From NCBI GenBank assembly GCA_024400755.1, contig JAKSMG010000011.1, positions 3,733 to 67,732 on the forward strand: a DNA stretch of 64,000 bases, read 5' to 3'. The notes under the pieces were generated by a model. That model did no database searches and had not been told where the DNA came from. It saw only the letters and a list, made by a program, of their open reading frames with translations. Shown here piece after piece: positions 31,892-40,689 of this stretch. The translations under genes were made by a program, and so were the position numbers. This DNA is from Bacteroidales bacterium. GTDB lineage: Bacteria; Bacteroidota; Bacteroidia; Bacteroidales; WCHB1-69. Position 1 is the first letter of the stretch; the number at the start of each line of letters is the position of its first letter.

Positions 31892-33172
31892 CTAATCTTT
31901 CAGACTTCCAATCGGCACAACGATCACTCCGTCTACCGCACGACGGTAGGTATAGTCTCCTATGCCGGTGAGAACCATTAGGAACGACGGCTCTTTCATT
32001 CTTGTCGTGTCAATTTTATCGGCCATTTTTCGCAAAGTCTTAGCTCCTTCGTCTATGGGGATAGCACCACCCAATTTAATCTCTACCAGCCCATAATTGC
32101 CATTATCCAAATGAATCACGGCATCACATTCCAACCCGTTTTTGTCACGATAATGATAAACCGTGCCGCCCAAGGCATCGGCATATACACGCAAATCGCG
32201 AATACAAAGTGTTTCAAAAAGCAAGCCGAAGGTATTCAGGTCATTTATCAAATCGGCCGGACCAAGTCCCAAGGCAGCCGTTGCGATGGATGGATCAATA
32301 AAATATTTTGTATCGGAGGTTCGAATTGCCGTTTGTGAACGAATATTAGGATTCCAGGCAATAGCATCTTCAACAACGAAAATCTTTTTCAGTGCCCGTA
32401 TGTAGGAGTATATGGTATTTTTGCTCAGGGAGTCGCTTTCGTTGCTTTTAAGATCTTCCAAAATGGTTTGCACTCCAACCTGTGCTCCCTGATGACGGGC
32501 ATACGACCGCATCAAACGTTTAGCCAATTCTGGGTCGCGTTTCACACCATCCACCCTTGATATATCTGAACTGACCACTGCTTCATAATATTCCTTTGCC
32601 TGCATAAGCGCAGACTTAGGATTGTTTTTCAGCACGGCCTTGGGCCATCCCCCTCGACAAGTGAGGTATGCCAAACGGTCAAGATCTATATGGGCAAATC
32701 CGTCTAATATTTGTGAATGGTCAAATAGCTTTTTCAAGCTAACATCACCAGTTGAATCACCAGACTCCCACAAACTCATTGTACGAAGGCGCAACCAGGA
32801 AATACGACCCGTACCCGTATGAAAAATTTCATCCCGACTTGGAGGGACGGCAGAACCTGTCAACATAAATTGACCGTCTTCACCGCGTTTATCAATTTCA
32901 TTTCTTACCGCGTCCCAAAATTGCGGAGCCAGCTGCCATTCGTCAATAAGGCGTGGAGTGTCTCCGGAAAGCAACTTTTTAATATTGGTTTGAGCCATAG
33001 CCAGATTCTGCTGTTTCGTATCGGGATCCGCCATATAAAGTACGCTACCTGCGTGCTGACGAGCCAATGTTGTCTTGCCGCAATATTTAGGACCTTCGAT
33101 GAGCACAGCCCCCATAGCATCCAATTTATCCACCAAAATTTGGTCTGCGATTCGATTCAAATATTCATTCAT
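31892..33172 (-). CDS. AAA+ ATPase with DUF4143 and C-terminal PD-(D/E)XK-like motif
   Basis: Walker A GPKYCGKTT, Walker B LIDEWQ, LTGSA, YFIDPS and ECDAVI...VEIKLG. Confidence 0.88.
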   Translation of the reverse strand: MNEYLNRIADQILVDKLDAMGAVLIEGPKYCGKTTLARQHAGSVLYMADPDTKQQNLAMAQTNIKKLLSGDTPRLIDEWQLAPQFWDAVRNEIDKRGEDGQFMLTGSAVPPSRDEIFHTGTGRISWLRLRTMSLWESGDSTGDVSLKKLFDHSQILDGFAHIDLDRLAYLTCRGGWPKAVLKNNPKSALMQAKEYYEAVVSSDISRVDGVKRDPELAKRLMRSYARHQGAQVGVQTILEDLKSNESDSLSKNTIYSYIRALKKIFVVEDAIAWNPNIRSQTAIRTSDTKYFIDPSIATAALGLGPADLINDLNTFGLLFETLCIRDLRVYADALGGTVYHYRDKNGLECDAVIHLDNGNYGLVEIKLGGAIPIDEGAKTLRKMADKIDTTRMKEPSFLMVLTGIGDYTYRRAVDGVIVVPIGSLKD

Positions 33173-33237
33173 TTTCAATCATTATTTTCACGTTGCAAAA
33201 ATACACATATTTTTTTAATTTTCAACACTATAATAAT

Positions 33238-33283
33238 TTTTCATTGGTACACTTGGCTGGTTTTCATTGATACAGTTGGCGGA
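33238..33283. repeat. Two tandem imperfect 23-bp direct repeats
   Basis: TTTTCATTGGTACACTTGGCTGG followed by TTTTCATTGATACAGTTGGCGGA. Confidence 0.75.
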
Positions 33284-33455
33284 TTTTTGAAATTAAAACG
33301 GACCAAATTATGTTTTTTAACTTTGCAAGTTGAATCTATATAGAAATCATTCTTTGTCCTCTGATTTATAATTCAAAATTTTTATGTAAGTTTGCAACCT
33401 AATTAAGTATTAACGAAAAATCAATCTATGATAGAATAAAAAAATATCATTACAT

Positions 33456-33621
33456 ATAAAAAAGCGTTAAGCTTTAGTCTTGTCTTTCGAAACTTAGGAA
33501 CTTTCAAATGCTATCAAGAGCTAAAGAATAACGTCCGCGTGTTACGTGGACTTATTTTTATTTGATAGCAAGGTTTCCTAAGGCCTCGAAAGACAAATAA
33601 AATGAGTTCACGTTTTTTTAT
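33456..33621. other. ~165-nt nested long hairpin (putative structured RNA or non-autonomous element)
   Basis: Nested stems ATAAAAAAGCGT/ACGTTTTTTTAT, TTGTCTTTCGA/TCGAAAGACAA, CTTAGGAA/TTCCTAAG, TGCTATCAA/TTGATAGCA and GTCCGCGT/ACGTGGAC. Confidence 0.75.
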
Positions 33622-33676
33622 TGTCTTTTAAACCAGATAAGTTTATGTCGGAAGGGAAAAGCCCAAAAGATGTCCG

Positions 33677-33784
33677 TTCATTGACATCATAGGTTGGACA
33701 AATATCATTGCAAAACTTATCTTGATGGGATTGATCACCATCGGTCAGTTTATTTTCGTCAAAGATTTTACATTCAAAAATTAG
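33677..33784 (+). pseudogene. 3' remnant of a GtrA-family gene
   Basis: Translates FIDIIGWTNIIAKLILMGLITIGQFIFVKDFTFKN*, which aligns with the C-terminus of the intact GtrA (FVTAFGLPHLLGKLFATALIVICQFLFVKYFTFKK*). In-frame stop upstream at 33638. Confidence 0.75.
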
Positions 33785-33787
33785 TTA

Positions 33788-34516
33788 ATGCAAACGACAA
33801 TTATTATTCCTTGCTACAATGAAGCTTCCAGAATGAAAAAGGAAGATTTCATTCGTTTTGCATCTGAACACCCTCAGATAAATTTTCTTTTTGTAAATGA
33901 TGGCAGCACTGATAACACATTAGCTGTATTAGAGCATTTGGCAAAACAACATCCAAATATGCACTATTTAGATGTTCAGCCAAACGGAGGAAAAGCAGAA
34001 GCTGTTCGAAAAGGTATGATGTACACCGTTCAAAACCTTTTTTCTGATTTCATTGGATTTTGGGACGCAGATCTTGCAACGCCATTATTTGAAATCAATA
34101 ATTTTGTTCACAATATTCAACGAAAAGATTTCGATATCGTAACGGGACTACGCTTAATGCGACTTGGGGCAGACGTGAAACGAAAATCATCTCGTCATTA
34201 CCTCGGACGTTGCTTTGCCACCACTGCAGCTATAGCTCTTAAACTTCCCGTTTATGACACCCAATGTGGAGCCAAACTTTATAAAGCATCCATAGTTTCT
34301 GCTCTTTTTTCAGAACCATTTATCACTCGCTGGTTGTTCGATGTAGAATTGTTAGCACGATACAAAAAAGTCTTTGGCATAGAACAAGCTATTAATAAAA
34401 TTTACGAATATCCCGTATTGGCTTGGGAAGACGTAAATGGATCGCAAGTGAAGACAAAAGACTTCTTCAAAGCGCCCTACGAATTATGGAAAATCATAAG
34501 AAAATATAAATATTAA
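33788..34516 (+). CDS. GT2 polyprenyl-phosphate glycosyltransferase (DPG/DPM-synthase-like)
   Basis: IIIPCYNE, VNDGSTD, GGKAEAV, WDADLATP, DTQCGAKL and WLFDVELL motifs. Confidence 0.9.
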   Translation: MQTTIIIPCYNEASRMKKEDFIRFASEHPQINFLFVNDGSTDNTLAVLEHLAKQHPNMHYLDVQPNGGKAEAVRKGMMYTVQNLFSDFIGFWDADLATPLFEINNFVHNIQRKDFDIVTGLRLMRLGADVKRKSSRHYLGRCFATTAAIALKLPVYDTQCGAKLYKASIVSALFSEPFITRWLFDVELLARYKKVFGIEQAINKIYEYPVLAWEDVNGSQVKTKDFFKAPYELWKIIRKYKY

Positions 34517-34527
34517 ACCAAGAGACT

Positions 34528-36630
34528 ATGAAATTAGCATCAATTAATGGAAAATCTATAGATAAACAATTTTATTGGCATATTGCGTTTTACATATTGG
34601 CGAGTATTGTTTTATTACTATTAATTATAAATTCAACAAAAGTAGGAATCACAGGGGATGAATTTATTGACGGAGCTAATGGAAAATATGCTTTAAAGTA
34701 TTATACGGAAGGCGATACCACCTTCGCGAACTATTCACAAATAGAAGAATTAAAAATACCATTTCATCAGAAATATTACGGCGTTGGTTATGAAATAATT
34801 CCCGCTGTCTTTTTGAAATACTTTCACTTATCACCTGCTCAAGAATATCCATTCCGACATTTACTATGCGCCTTATTTGGTTTTTTGTTTTTTCTCTTTA
34901 CCGCACTAACAGCCAAACGACTATCTGACTGGAGAGCCGGAACAATAGCCTTATTACTCATCTCCCTGACTCCAGTTGTATTCGGATTATCATTTCTTGC
35001 CACAAAGGACATTCCTTTTGCCGCAGGATTTGCCATCGCCAATTACGCCTTTATTTCCATTTTCCAACATTTACCTAAATTTAGAATCATAGACATAATA
35101 TTTGCAATTATCGGTATTGGTATGGCCGTTAGTATCCGCATAGGGGGAATGCTTCTTGCTCTATACCTTGTTGTGATATTTATATTCTATCTTATTTTTA
35201 ACAAACCTACTCGCCAACTTGTTTTTTCAAATCAAAATCATCTCATATTAAAATCCTTAGGTATTGGCACAGGAATTGTATTCTTCGGATGCTTATTGGG
35301 GCTGTCATTTTATCCTAATTTCTTTTATGAAGGGCCATTTAATCATATTCACAATGCTTTAACCTTAGTATCAAAATTCCCACAACGAATTCCTATGCTC
35401 TGGGAAGGAAAACCCATTGATTCTTTAAATTTGCCAGACAATTACCTAATAAAGAGTTTTTTATACACAATTCCTCTATTTATTTTTGCAAGTCTTATAT
35501 TATTCCTCGTCAATGGTGTGAAGATTTGGAAAAAATATGATCGGGCCGCCATTATCTATATCGTATTTACCATTTTACTACCTATTATTACAATTTTAAA
35601 ATCTAAATCCAATATTTATAACGGATGGAGACACGAAACCTTCATCTATTCTGGAATTATTATCCTGGCATCTATTGGCCTATTGGAAACGTGGAATTGG
35701 TTTGCTGAAAAGGAATGGGGGAAATGGTGGAATATTGCATTCCCAATAATATTAGTTGGAGTATTATCCCCCACATTTATATGGATGGTTCGCAATAACA
35801 AATTTTGCTATTCATATTATAACAGTTTAGTTGCGAACCCATATCTTAAATATGATATTGATTATTTTGAAACAGCACAAACTGTATGTTTAGATTGGCT
35901 ACTAAAAAATGAACTATCCGACAATCACGACAAATGTCTTATTGGATGCAAGAATTATAATGCGGTTAAATATTATAAAACCTTAGAATTATCAACAGAT
36001 TCTGTCTTTCAAACAAGTTATAAAGGTTTTGCTGAATCCGATTGTGATTATTCTATTTTATCCATTCAATTTTTAACCAAGAAATACATCAAAAATTTCT
36101 TCCCTCCCAAAGGCACCATCCACGTTGAATATGTGGATGGAAATCCAATTTGTGCTGTTGTCAAGCGCAACAAGTTGGATTCGAAAGGAATCAAGTTAGT
36201 GCGAGAAGGAAAATTTGCAGAAGGAATGCAACTACTCGACTCGGCTTACCAATTTGATCCCAACAATTTCGGCATTTGGTTTTGGATGGGCTATGGCTAT
36301 TATCAAACCGGAAAATACGAACAATCCATTACCTTTATGGACAAAACATTGGCTTTCGATCCGAATGAAGATCAACTAAGAATTGGCAACGAATATAAAG
36401 GATTGTCTCTGCACGCGCTAAAACGTTATAAAGAAGCTATTCCGGCCTTACAAACAGCTGAAAGAATGTCCAAAGATGCCAATGAACAAAGTTTTATAAG
36501 AGCAAATATCGGATTGGCTTATTACAATGAAAAGGACTATGCCAACGCAATTCCTTACCTTCAAGCCTGCCTCAACCAATATCCTCAGTTAAATGGGGCA
36601 TTGCAAGAATGCATTGCCTTGAAAAAATAA
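34528..36630 (+). CDS. Multi-TM GT-C fold glycosyltransferase (PMT/ArnT-like) with C-terminal TPRs
   Basis: Acidic GDE motif after TM1, many TM segments, TKDIPFA, IYNGWRH and YDIDYF; C-terminal TPR-like repeats (WMGYGYYQTGKYEQSI, NIGLAYYNEKDYANAI). Confidence 0.75.
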   Translation: MKLASINGKSIDKQFYWHIAFYILASIVLLLLIINSTKVGITGDEFIDGANGKYALKYYTEGDTTFANYSQIEELKIPFHQKYYGVGYEIIPAVFLKYFHLSPAQEYPFRHLLCALFGFLFFLFTALTAKRLSDWRAGTIALLLISLTPVVFGLSFLATKDIPFAAGFAIANYAFISIFQHLPKFRIIDIIFAIIGIGMAVSIRIGGMLLALYLVVIFIFYLIFNKPTRQLVFSNQNHLILKSLGIGTGIVFFGCLLGLSFYPNFFYEGPFNHIHNALTLVSKFPQRIPMLWEGKPIDSLNLPDNYLIKSFLYTIPLFIFASLILFLVNGVKIWKKYDRAAIIYIVFTILLPIITILKSKSNIYNGWRHETFIYSGIIILASIGLLETWNWFAEKEWGKWWNIAFPIILVGVLSPTFIWMVRNNKFCYSYYNSLVANPYLKYDIDYFETAQTVCLDWLLKNELSDNHDKCLIGCKNYNAVKYYKTLELSTDSVFQTSYKGFAESDCDYSILSIQFLTKKYIKNFFPPKGTIHVEYVDGNPICAVVKRNKLDSKGIKLVREGKFAEGMQLLDSAYQFDPNNFGIWFWMGYGYYQTGKYEQSITFMDKTLAFDPNEDQLRIGNEYKGLSLHALKRYKEAIPALQTAERMSKDANEQSFIRANIGLAYYNEKDYANAIPYLQACLNQYPQLNGALQECIALKK

Positions 36631-36747
36631 TATTGGCAAAGCAATCTAAAAACACACGATTTCCCTCATAACAGAATTTTTATTATCTTTGCAGTTTATA
36701 TTTAGGTTAAAAAAACATAAAAGAACGAAGCAAAAAGCAGTCTCGCA

Positions 36748-37146
36748 ATGATAGAAAAATTCAAGTTACTACTCCAAAAATATCGCAATTTCATTCTGTA
36801 TTGCTGTATTGGTGTGATTAATACGGGAGTGGATTTCGGTATCTTTGCATTGTTGGATTGGGCAGGGCTTTATTACATCATAGCTCACGTCATCAGCTAT
36901 CATTGCGGCATTTTTTGCAGTTTTTTCCTTAACAGGTATTATAATTTTAAGGTTAAGGACAAACCCGTGCATCGTTTTTTGTCTTTTTACGCTTCCAGTT
37001 TAGTGGCCATGGCTCTTAGCGCCGGACTACTATATCTATTTGTCACGGCATTTGGCTTGCCACACCTACTTGGTAAATTATTTGCCACCGCACTTATTGT
37101 CATTTGCCAATTCCTCTTTGTTAAATACTTTACCTTTAAAAAATAA
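36748..37146 (+). CDS. GtrA family flippase-like protein
   Basis: 132 aa, about 4 TM helices, FILYCCIGVINTGVD and SFFLNRYYNF. Confidence 0.9.
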   Translation: MIEKFKLLLQKYRNFILYCCIGVINTGVDFGIFALLDWAGLYYIIAHVISYHCGIFCSFFLNRYYNFKVKDKPVHRFLSFYASSLVAMALSAGLLYLFVTAFGLPHLLGKLFATALIVICQFLFVKYFTFKK

Positions 37147-37150
37147 CAAC

Positions 37151-38077
37151 ATGCTCCTATCCGTAATTGTTCCTTGCTATAATGAAGAACTCGTGGTCCG
37201 CGAATCATATAGGCGGCTTACAGATGTTTTGCGTCAAACCAACATGGACTACGAATTGATATTTATCAATGATGGAAGCAAAGATCAAACGTTTTCTATA
37301 TTAAAGGAACTATCCCAAAGTGACACTGCCGTCAAAATCATCAATTTTGCCAGAAATTTCGGACACCAATGTGCCGTCACGGCCGGCATCAATAATTGCA
37401 AAGGAGACCTTGCCGTCATCATTGATTCTGACTTGCAGGATCCTCCTGAGGTGATTTTGGATATGCTGGACATTCAAAAGCGAGAAGAAGCCAATGTGGT
37501 TTATGGCGTACGTAAAAAACGAGATGGTGAGACTTGGTTCAAGTTGATAACGGCAAAATATTTCTATCGCACCTTGAACAAATTGTCAGAAGTACATTTC
37601 CCTGTTGACACAGGCGATTTCCGTATGATTGACCGCAATATCATTGATTTGTTCAATAGTTTACATGAAAAAAATAAATATATTCGTGGACTTATCAGTT
37701 GGATGGGGTATAAACAAGTTCCTTGCTATTATGACAGAAAGGAACGTTTCGCCGGGGAAACACATTATCCACTCAAAAAAATGCTTAAGTTTGCCCTTAC
37801 AGGTTTGCTTGGATTTTCAAAAAAGCCACTTAAACTCGCATCTGCACTAGGTATTGTGTTTGTCACATTGAGTATTTTATGCGCCATTGTCCTGTTAATT
37901 ATCAAGTTGTGCAATCCGGAATTTGTCATCGGCTTAGGAAACATCGCACTACTTATTTCGTTTATCGGAGGATTGCAATTTATCACAATTGGCATCATTG
38001 GCGAATATTTGGCCAATATGTTTGATGAAGCCAAAGATAGACCTGAATATATCATTAAAAATAAAGTTAATTTTTAA
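37151..38077 (+). CDS. GT2 bactoprenol glycosyltransferase (GtrB/YkoT-like)
   Basis: SVIVPCYNEE, RNFGHQ, DSDLQDPP, DTGDFR, two C-terminal TM helices and GIIGEY...RPEY; ATG at 37151. Confidence 0.92.
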   Translation: MLLSVIVPCYNEELVVRESYRRLTDVLRQTNMDYELIFINDGSKDQTFSILKELSQSDTAVKIINFARNFGHQCAVTAGINNCKGDLAVIIDSDLQDPPEVILDMLDIQKREEANVVYGVRKKRDGETWFKLITAKYFYRTLNKLSEVHFPVDTGDFRMIDRNIIDLFNSLHEKNKYIRGLISWMGYKQVPCYYDRKERFAGETHYPLKKMLKFALTGLLGFSKKPLKLASALGIVFVTLSILCAIVLLIIKLCNPEFVIGLGNIALLISFIGGLQFITIGIIGEYLANMFDEAKDRPEYIIKNKVNF

Positions 38078-38087
38078 TACGCCTAAA

Positions 38088-40334
38088 ATGAATAATTTTT
38101 TCAAAGAAAACAAAAAAAATCCATGGTTTTGGGTATTTACTATTTTAAGTATAGTTTTCTTATTTGCCATGCCCATATTAAGCCTTGATGCCGGCAACAG
38201 TGGAGATGAAGACGGATTTCAATGGCCATACGCTGAACAAATTTATAATTACTATGCCTCTGGCGGCCAAGATACAACCTGCCTGCAAAATGATGACATG
38301 GGCATGCATGGTGGTTTTTTTGACCAAATGACATACGCTTTTGTAAAATGGTTCAATATTGATGACTACAGTCAGTTCAGACATATCTGCAATGCTTTGT
38401 TTGGCTGGATTGGCATTCTTTTTGCAGGACTTTTAGCATATAAACTCATTGGATGGAGAGCCGCAGTTGTCACACTATTATTGATGTTTTTTTCGCCACG
38501 CTATCTTGGGAACGCATTCAACAATCCCAAAGACTTAATTTTTGCCTCTACAATGATGGCAAGTATATACTATGTCGCATGCTTGATTAAAGAGTATCCC
38601 AAGCCTAAAATATCCACATCGATCAAACTTTCTGTATTCGCAGCTTTAGCTATTGTATCTCGTTTTGCTGGATATTTGTTATTTGCCTACTTAGTACTTT
38701 TTCTCATTATTTACCACATTAGATTAAATAAGAAAAATAGTCTAAAAAAAGAAAATGCTAAAACAATTGGTAGATATATCCTTTATGTAACTAGCATAGG
38801 AATAGTAACCTTTGGTATAAGTATCGCATTATGGCCTTATATCATGTCTTCACCCATAAAGACTACGATGAAGATATTTACCGAGATGTCCCAATATACT
38901 ATTGCTCTCCGCCAGCTCTTCGAGGGTTCCCTGCAGTGGTCCGACGCACTACCCTGGTACTACACCCCGAAATATATTTTGATGACTATTCCTATCGCCG
39001 TGATTTTTGGAATGCTACTATTTTTCATTTTCTGCTGGCGCAAAAAGGAAGACCGTTTTTGGGCATTTTTCGTGTTCTTCACCTTCTTCTTCCCCGTGTT
39101 CTGGATTGTCTATACCCGTGCAAACGTTTATGGCGGCTGGCGTCACGCAATGTTCGCCTATCCTCCCATGGTCGTGGCCGCAGGAATGGGTTTTGATGGT
39201 CTCGTACGCTGGATTGAAAATAAGGTGCAAGGTGCAGGGCACAAGGTTCAAGATTCAAATAATGAAGAACAGCAAAATGCTGCCAAGAATTGGAAACCCG
39301 TAATGGTCAATATTGGTGCTGTTGTCGTCCTGCTGGCACTGCTCATCGGCCCCATTCGCCACATCGTCGCCAACCATCCCTACGAATACGTTTATTTCAA
39401 TGAATTGGCAGGCGGTATAGATAAGGCATACGGCAACTACGAATTGGACTATTATTACCATTCTACCCGTGAAGCTTCAGAATGGATTATCGCCAACGCC
39501 GAACCCAATGCCGACGGTTCCAAAATCAAAGTCGCCACTTGGCATTTGGCTTCAGTCGCCTACTTCTTCCGCAACGACACAGCCAAATTCCAGCCTCTAT
39601 TCTGCCGTTGGTATGAAAAAGGCAACAATGACTGGGATTACGCCATCTTTACCATTACCGGAATGGCGCCCGAACAAATCACCCACGCTGGCGCATTCCC
39701 TCCACCAGATTGCGTGCACACCATCAACGTGGATGGCAAACCCATCTGCATCATCCTCAAACGACAATCCAAAGACGACTTCATCGGCAATCAATACAAG
39801 TCTAAAAATCAAGCAGACAGCGCGATACTCTGCTTCCAGAAAGCTTTGCAAATCAATCCATACAACGAGGCCGCACTCAACAATATCATCGAATGCTACT
39901 TGATGAAAGGCCAACTCGACAGTGCCAAAATGTATATCGACCAAGAATTGTCGTTCTTACCGAAATATGAAACCGGCAACTATTTCCTTGCCCATTACTA
40001 TATGACTAAAGGAGATATGGATAATGCCATCAAGACCTGTAAATATATCATCGACTGCAACTTCAAGTTTTCAGGTGCCTACCATTTGATGTGCAACATC
40101 TACCTCCGACAGAATGACGTTGCCAACGCCGAAAAGACACTGCTCAAACTGATTGATGTTGATCAGCTTGATGACGCCGGTGTACAACAGCTGATACAGA
40201 TTTACAAGGCCGAAGGTCTGGATGACCGCGGCGCCTACCGCAAACTGTACAAGAAAATGGCCACCAGCCTCGACAAGCGCGACAAGAAAAAGGAAGCTCA
40301 AACCTATTGGGATTTGTATCATCAGTTGCGATAA
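38088..40334 (+). CDS. Second GT-C + TPR glycosyltransferase (paralog of 34528-36630)
   Basis: GDE after TM1, NNPKDLIFA, VYGGWRH, YELDYY, FPPPDCVHTINVDGKPIC and C-terminal TPRs; ATG at 38088. Confidence 0.78.
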   Translation: MNNFFKENKKNPWFWVFTILSIVFLFAMPILSLDAGNSGDEDGFQWPYAEQIYNYYASGGQDTTCLQNDDMGMHGGFFDQMTYAFVKWFNIDDYSQFRHICNALFGWIGILFAGLLAYKLIGWRAAVVTLLLMFFSPRYLGNAFNNPKDLIFASTMMASIYYVACLIKEYPKPKISTSIKLSVFAALAIVSRFAGYLLFAYLVLFLIIYHIRLNKKNSLKKENAKTIGRYILYVTSIGIVTFGISIALWPYIMSSPIKTTMKIFTEMSQYTIALRQLFEGSLQWSDALPWYYTPKYILMTIPIAVIFGMLLFFIFCWRKKEDRFWAFFVFFTFFFPVFWIVYTRANVYGGWRHAMFAYPPMVVAAGMGFDGLVRWIENKVQGAGHKVQDSNNEEQQNAAKNWKPVMVNIGAVVVLLALLIGPIRHIVANHPYEYVYFNELAGGIDKAYGNYELDYYYHSTREASEWIIANAEPNADGSKIKVATWHLASVAYFFRNDTAKFQPLFCRWYEKGNNDWDYAIFTITGMAPEQITHAGAFPPPDCVHTINVDGKPICIILKRQSKDDFIGNQYKSKNQADSAILCFQKALQINPYNEAALNNIIECYLMKGQLDSAKMYIDQELSFLPKYETGNYFLAHYYMTKGDMDNAIKTCKYIIDCNFKFSGAYHLMCNIYLRQNDVANAEKTLLKLIDVDQLDDAGVQQLIQIYKAEGLDDRGAYRKLYKKMATSLDKRDKKKEAQTYWDLYHQLR

Positions 40335-40346
40335 CACTTCAATTTT

Positions 40347-40470
40347 AGGGGTCAGGGAATAGGTAATAGGTAATATGTAATAGGGAATAGTGTGGAACAC
40401 ATTAATTTCTTGATTCAAACTACTATCCCCTCAACCCTCAACCCTCAACCCTTAACCCTCTACCCTAGCC
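40347..40470. repeat. Heptamer tandem repeats in opposite orientations
   Basis: AGGGAAT/AGGTAAT-like units at 40347-40390 and (CCCTCAA)3 plus degenerate copies at 40428-40470. Confidence 0.8.
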
Positions 40471-40689
40471 ACTGACTCCTGCCGTCGGAGCGGTGTGGTT
40501 GGCGCAAAACAGAAAAACGCATTTTATTTCTAAACAAATATTACAAATATATTTATCAACAATTAATAATCGTGTTGAAATTTTTCATATTTTTGCATCG
40601 TGAACATGCGGTTTTTTGAAAAGTTATCAACAATGGATGAGATAAACAAGAAAAAGGAGTATCTTTGCGGACAGAAAAAGACGGAGACC

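Noticed and set aside
40553-40632. Two TTATCAACA DnaA-box-like 9-mers upstream of rpn/dnaN
   Set aside because: Only two mismatched copies in AT-rich DNA; insufficient to call an origin or a regulatory site.
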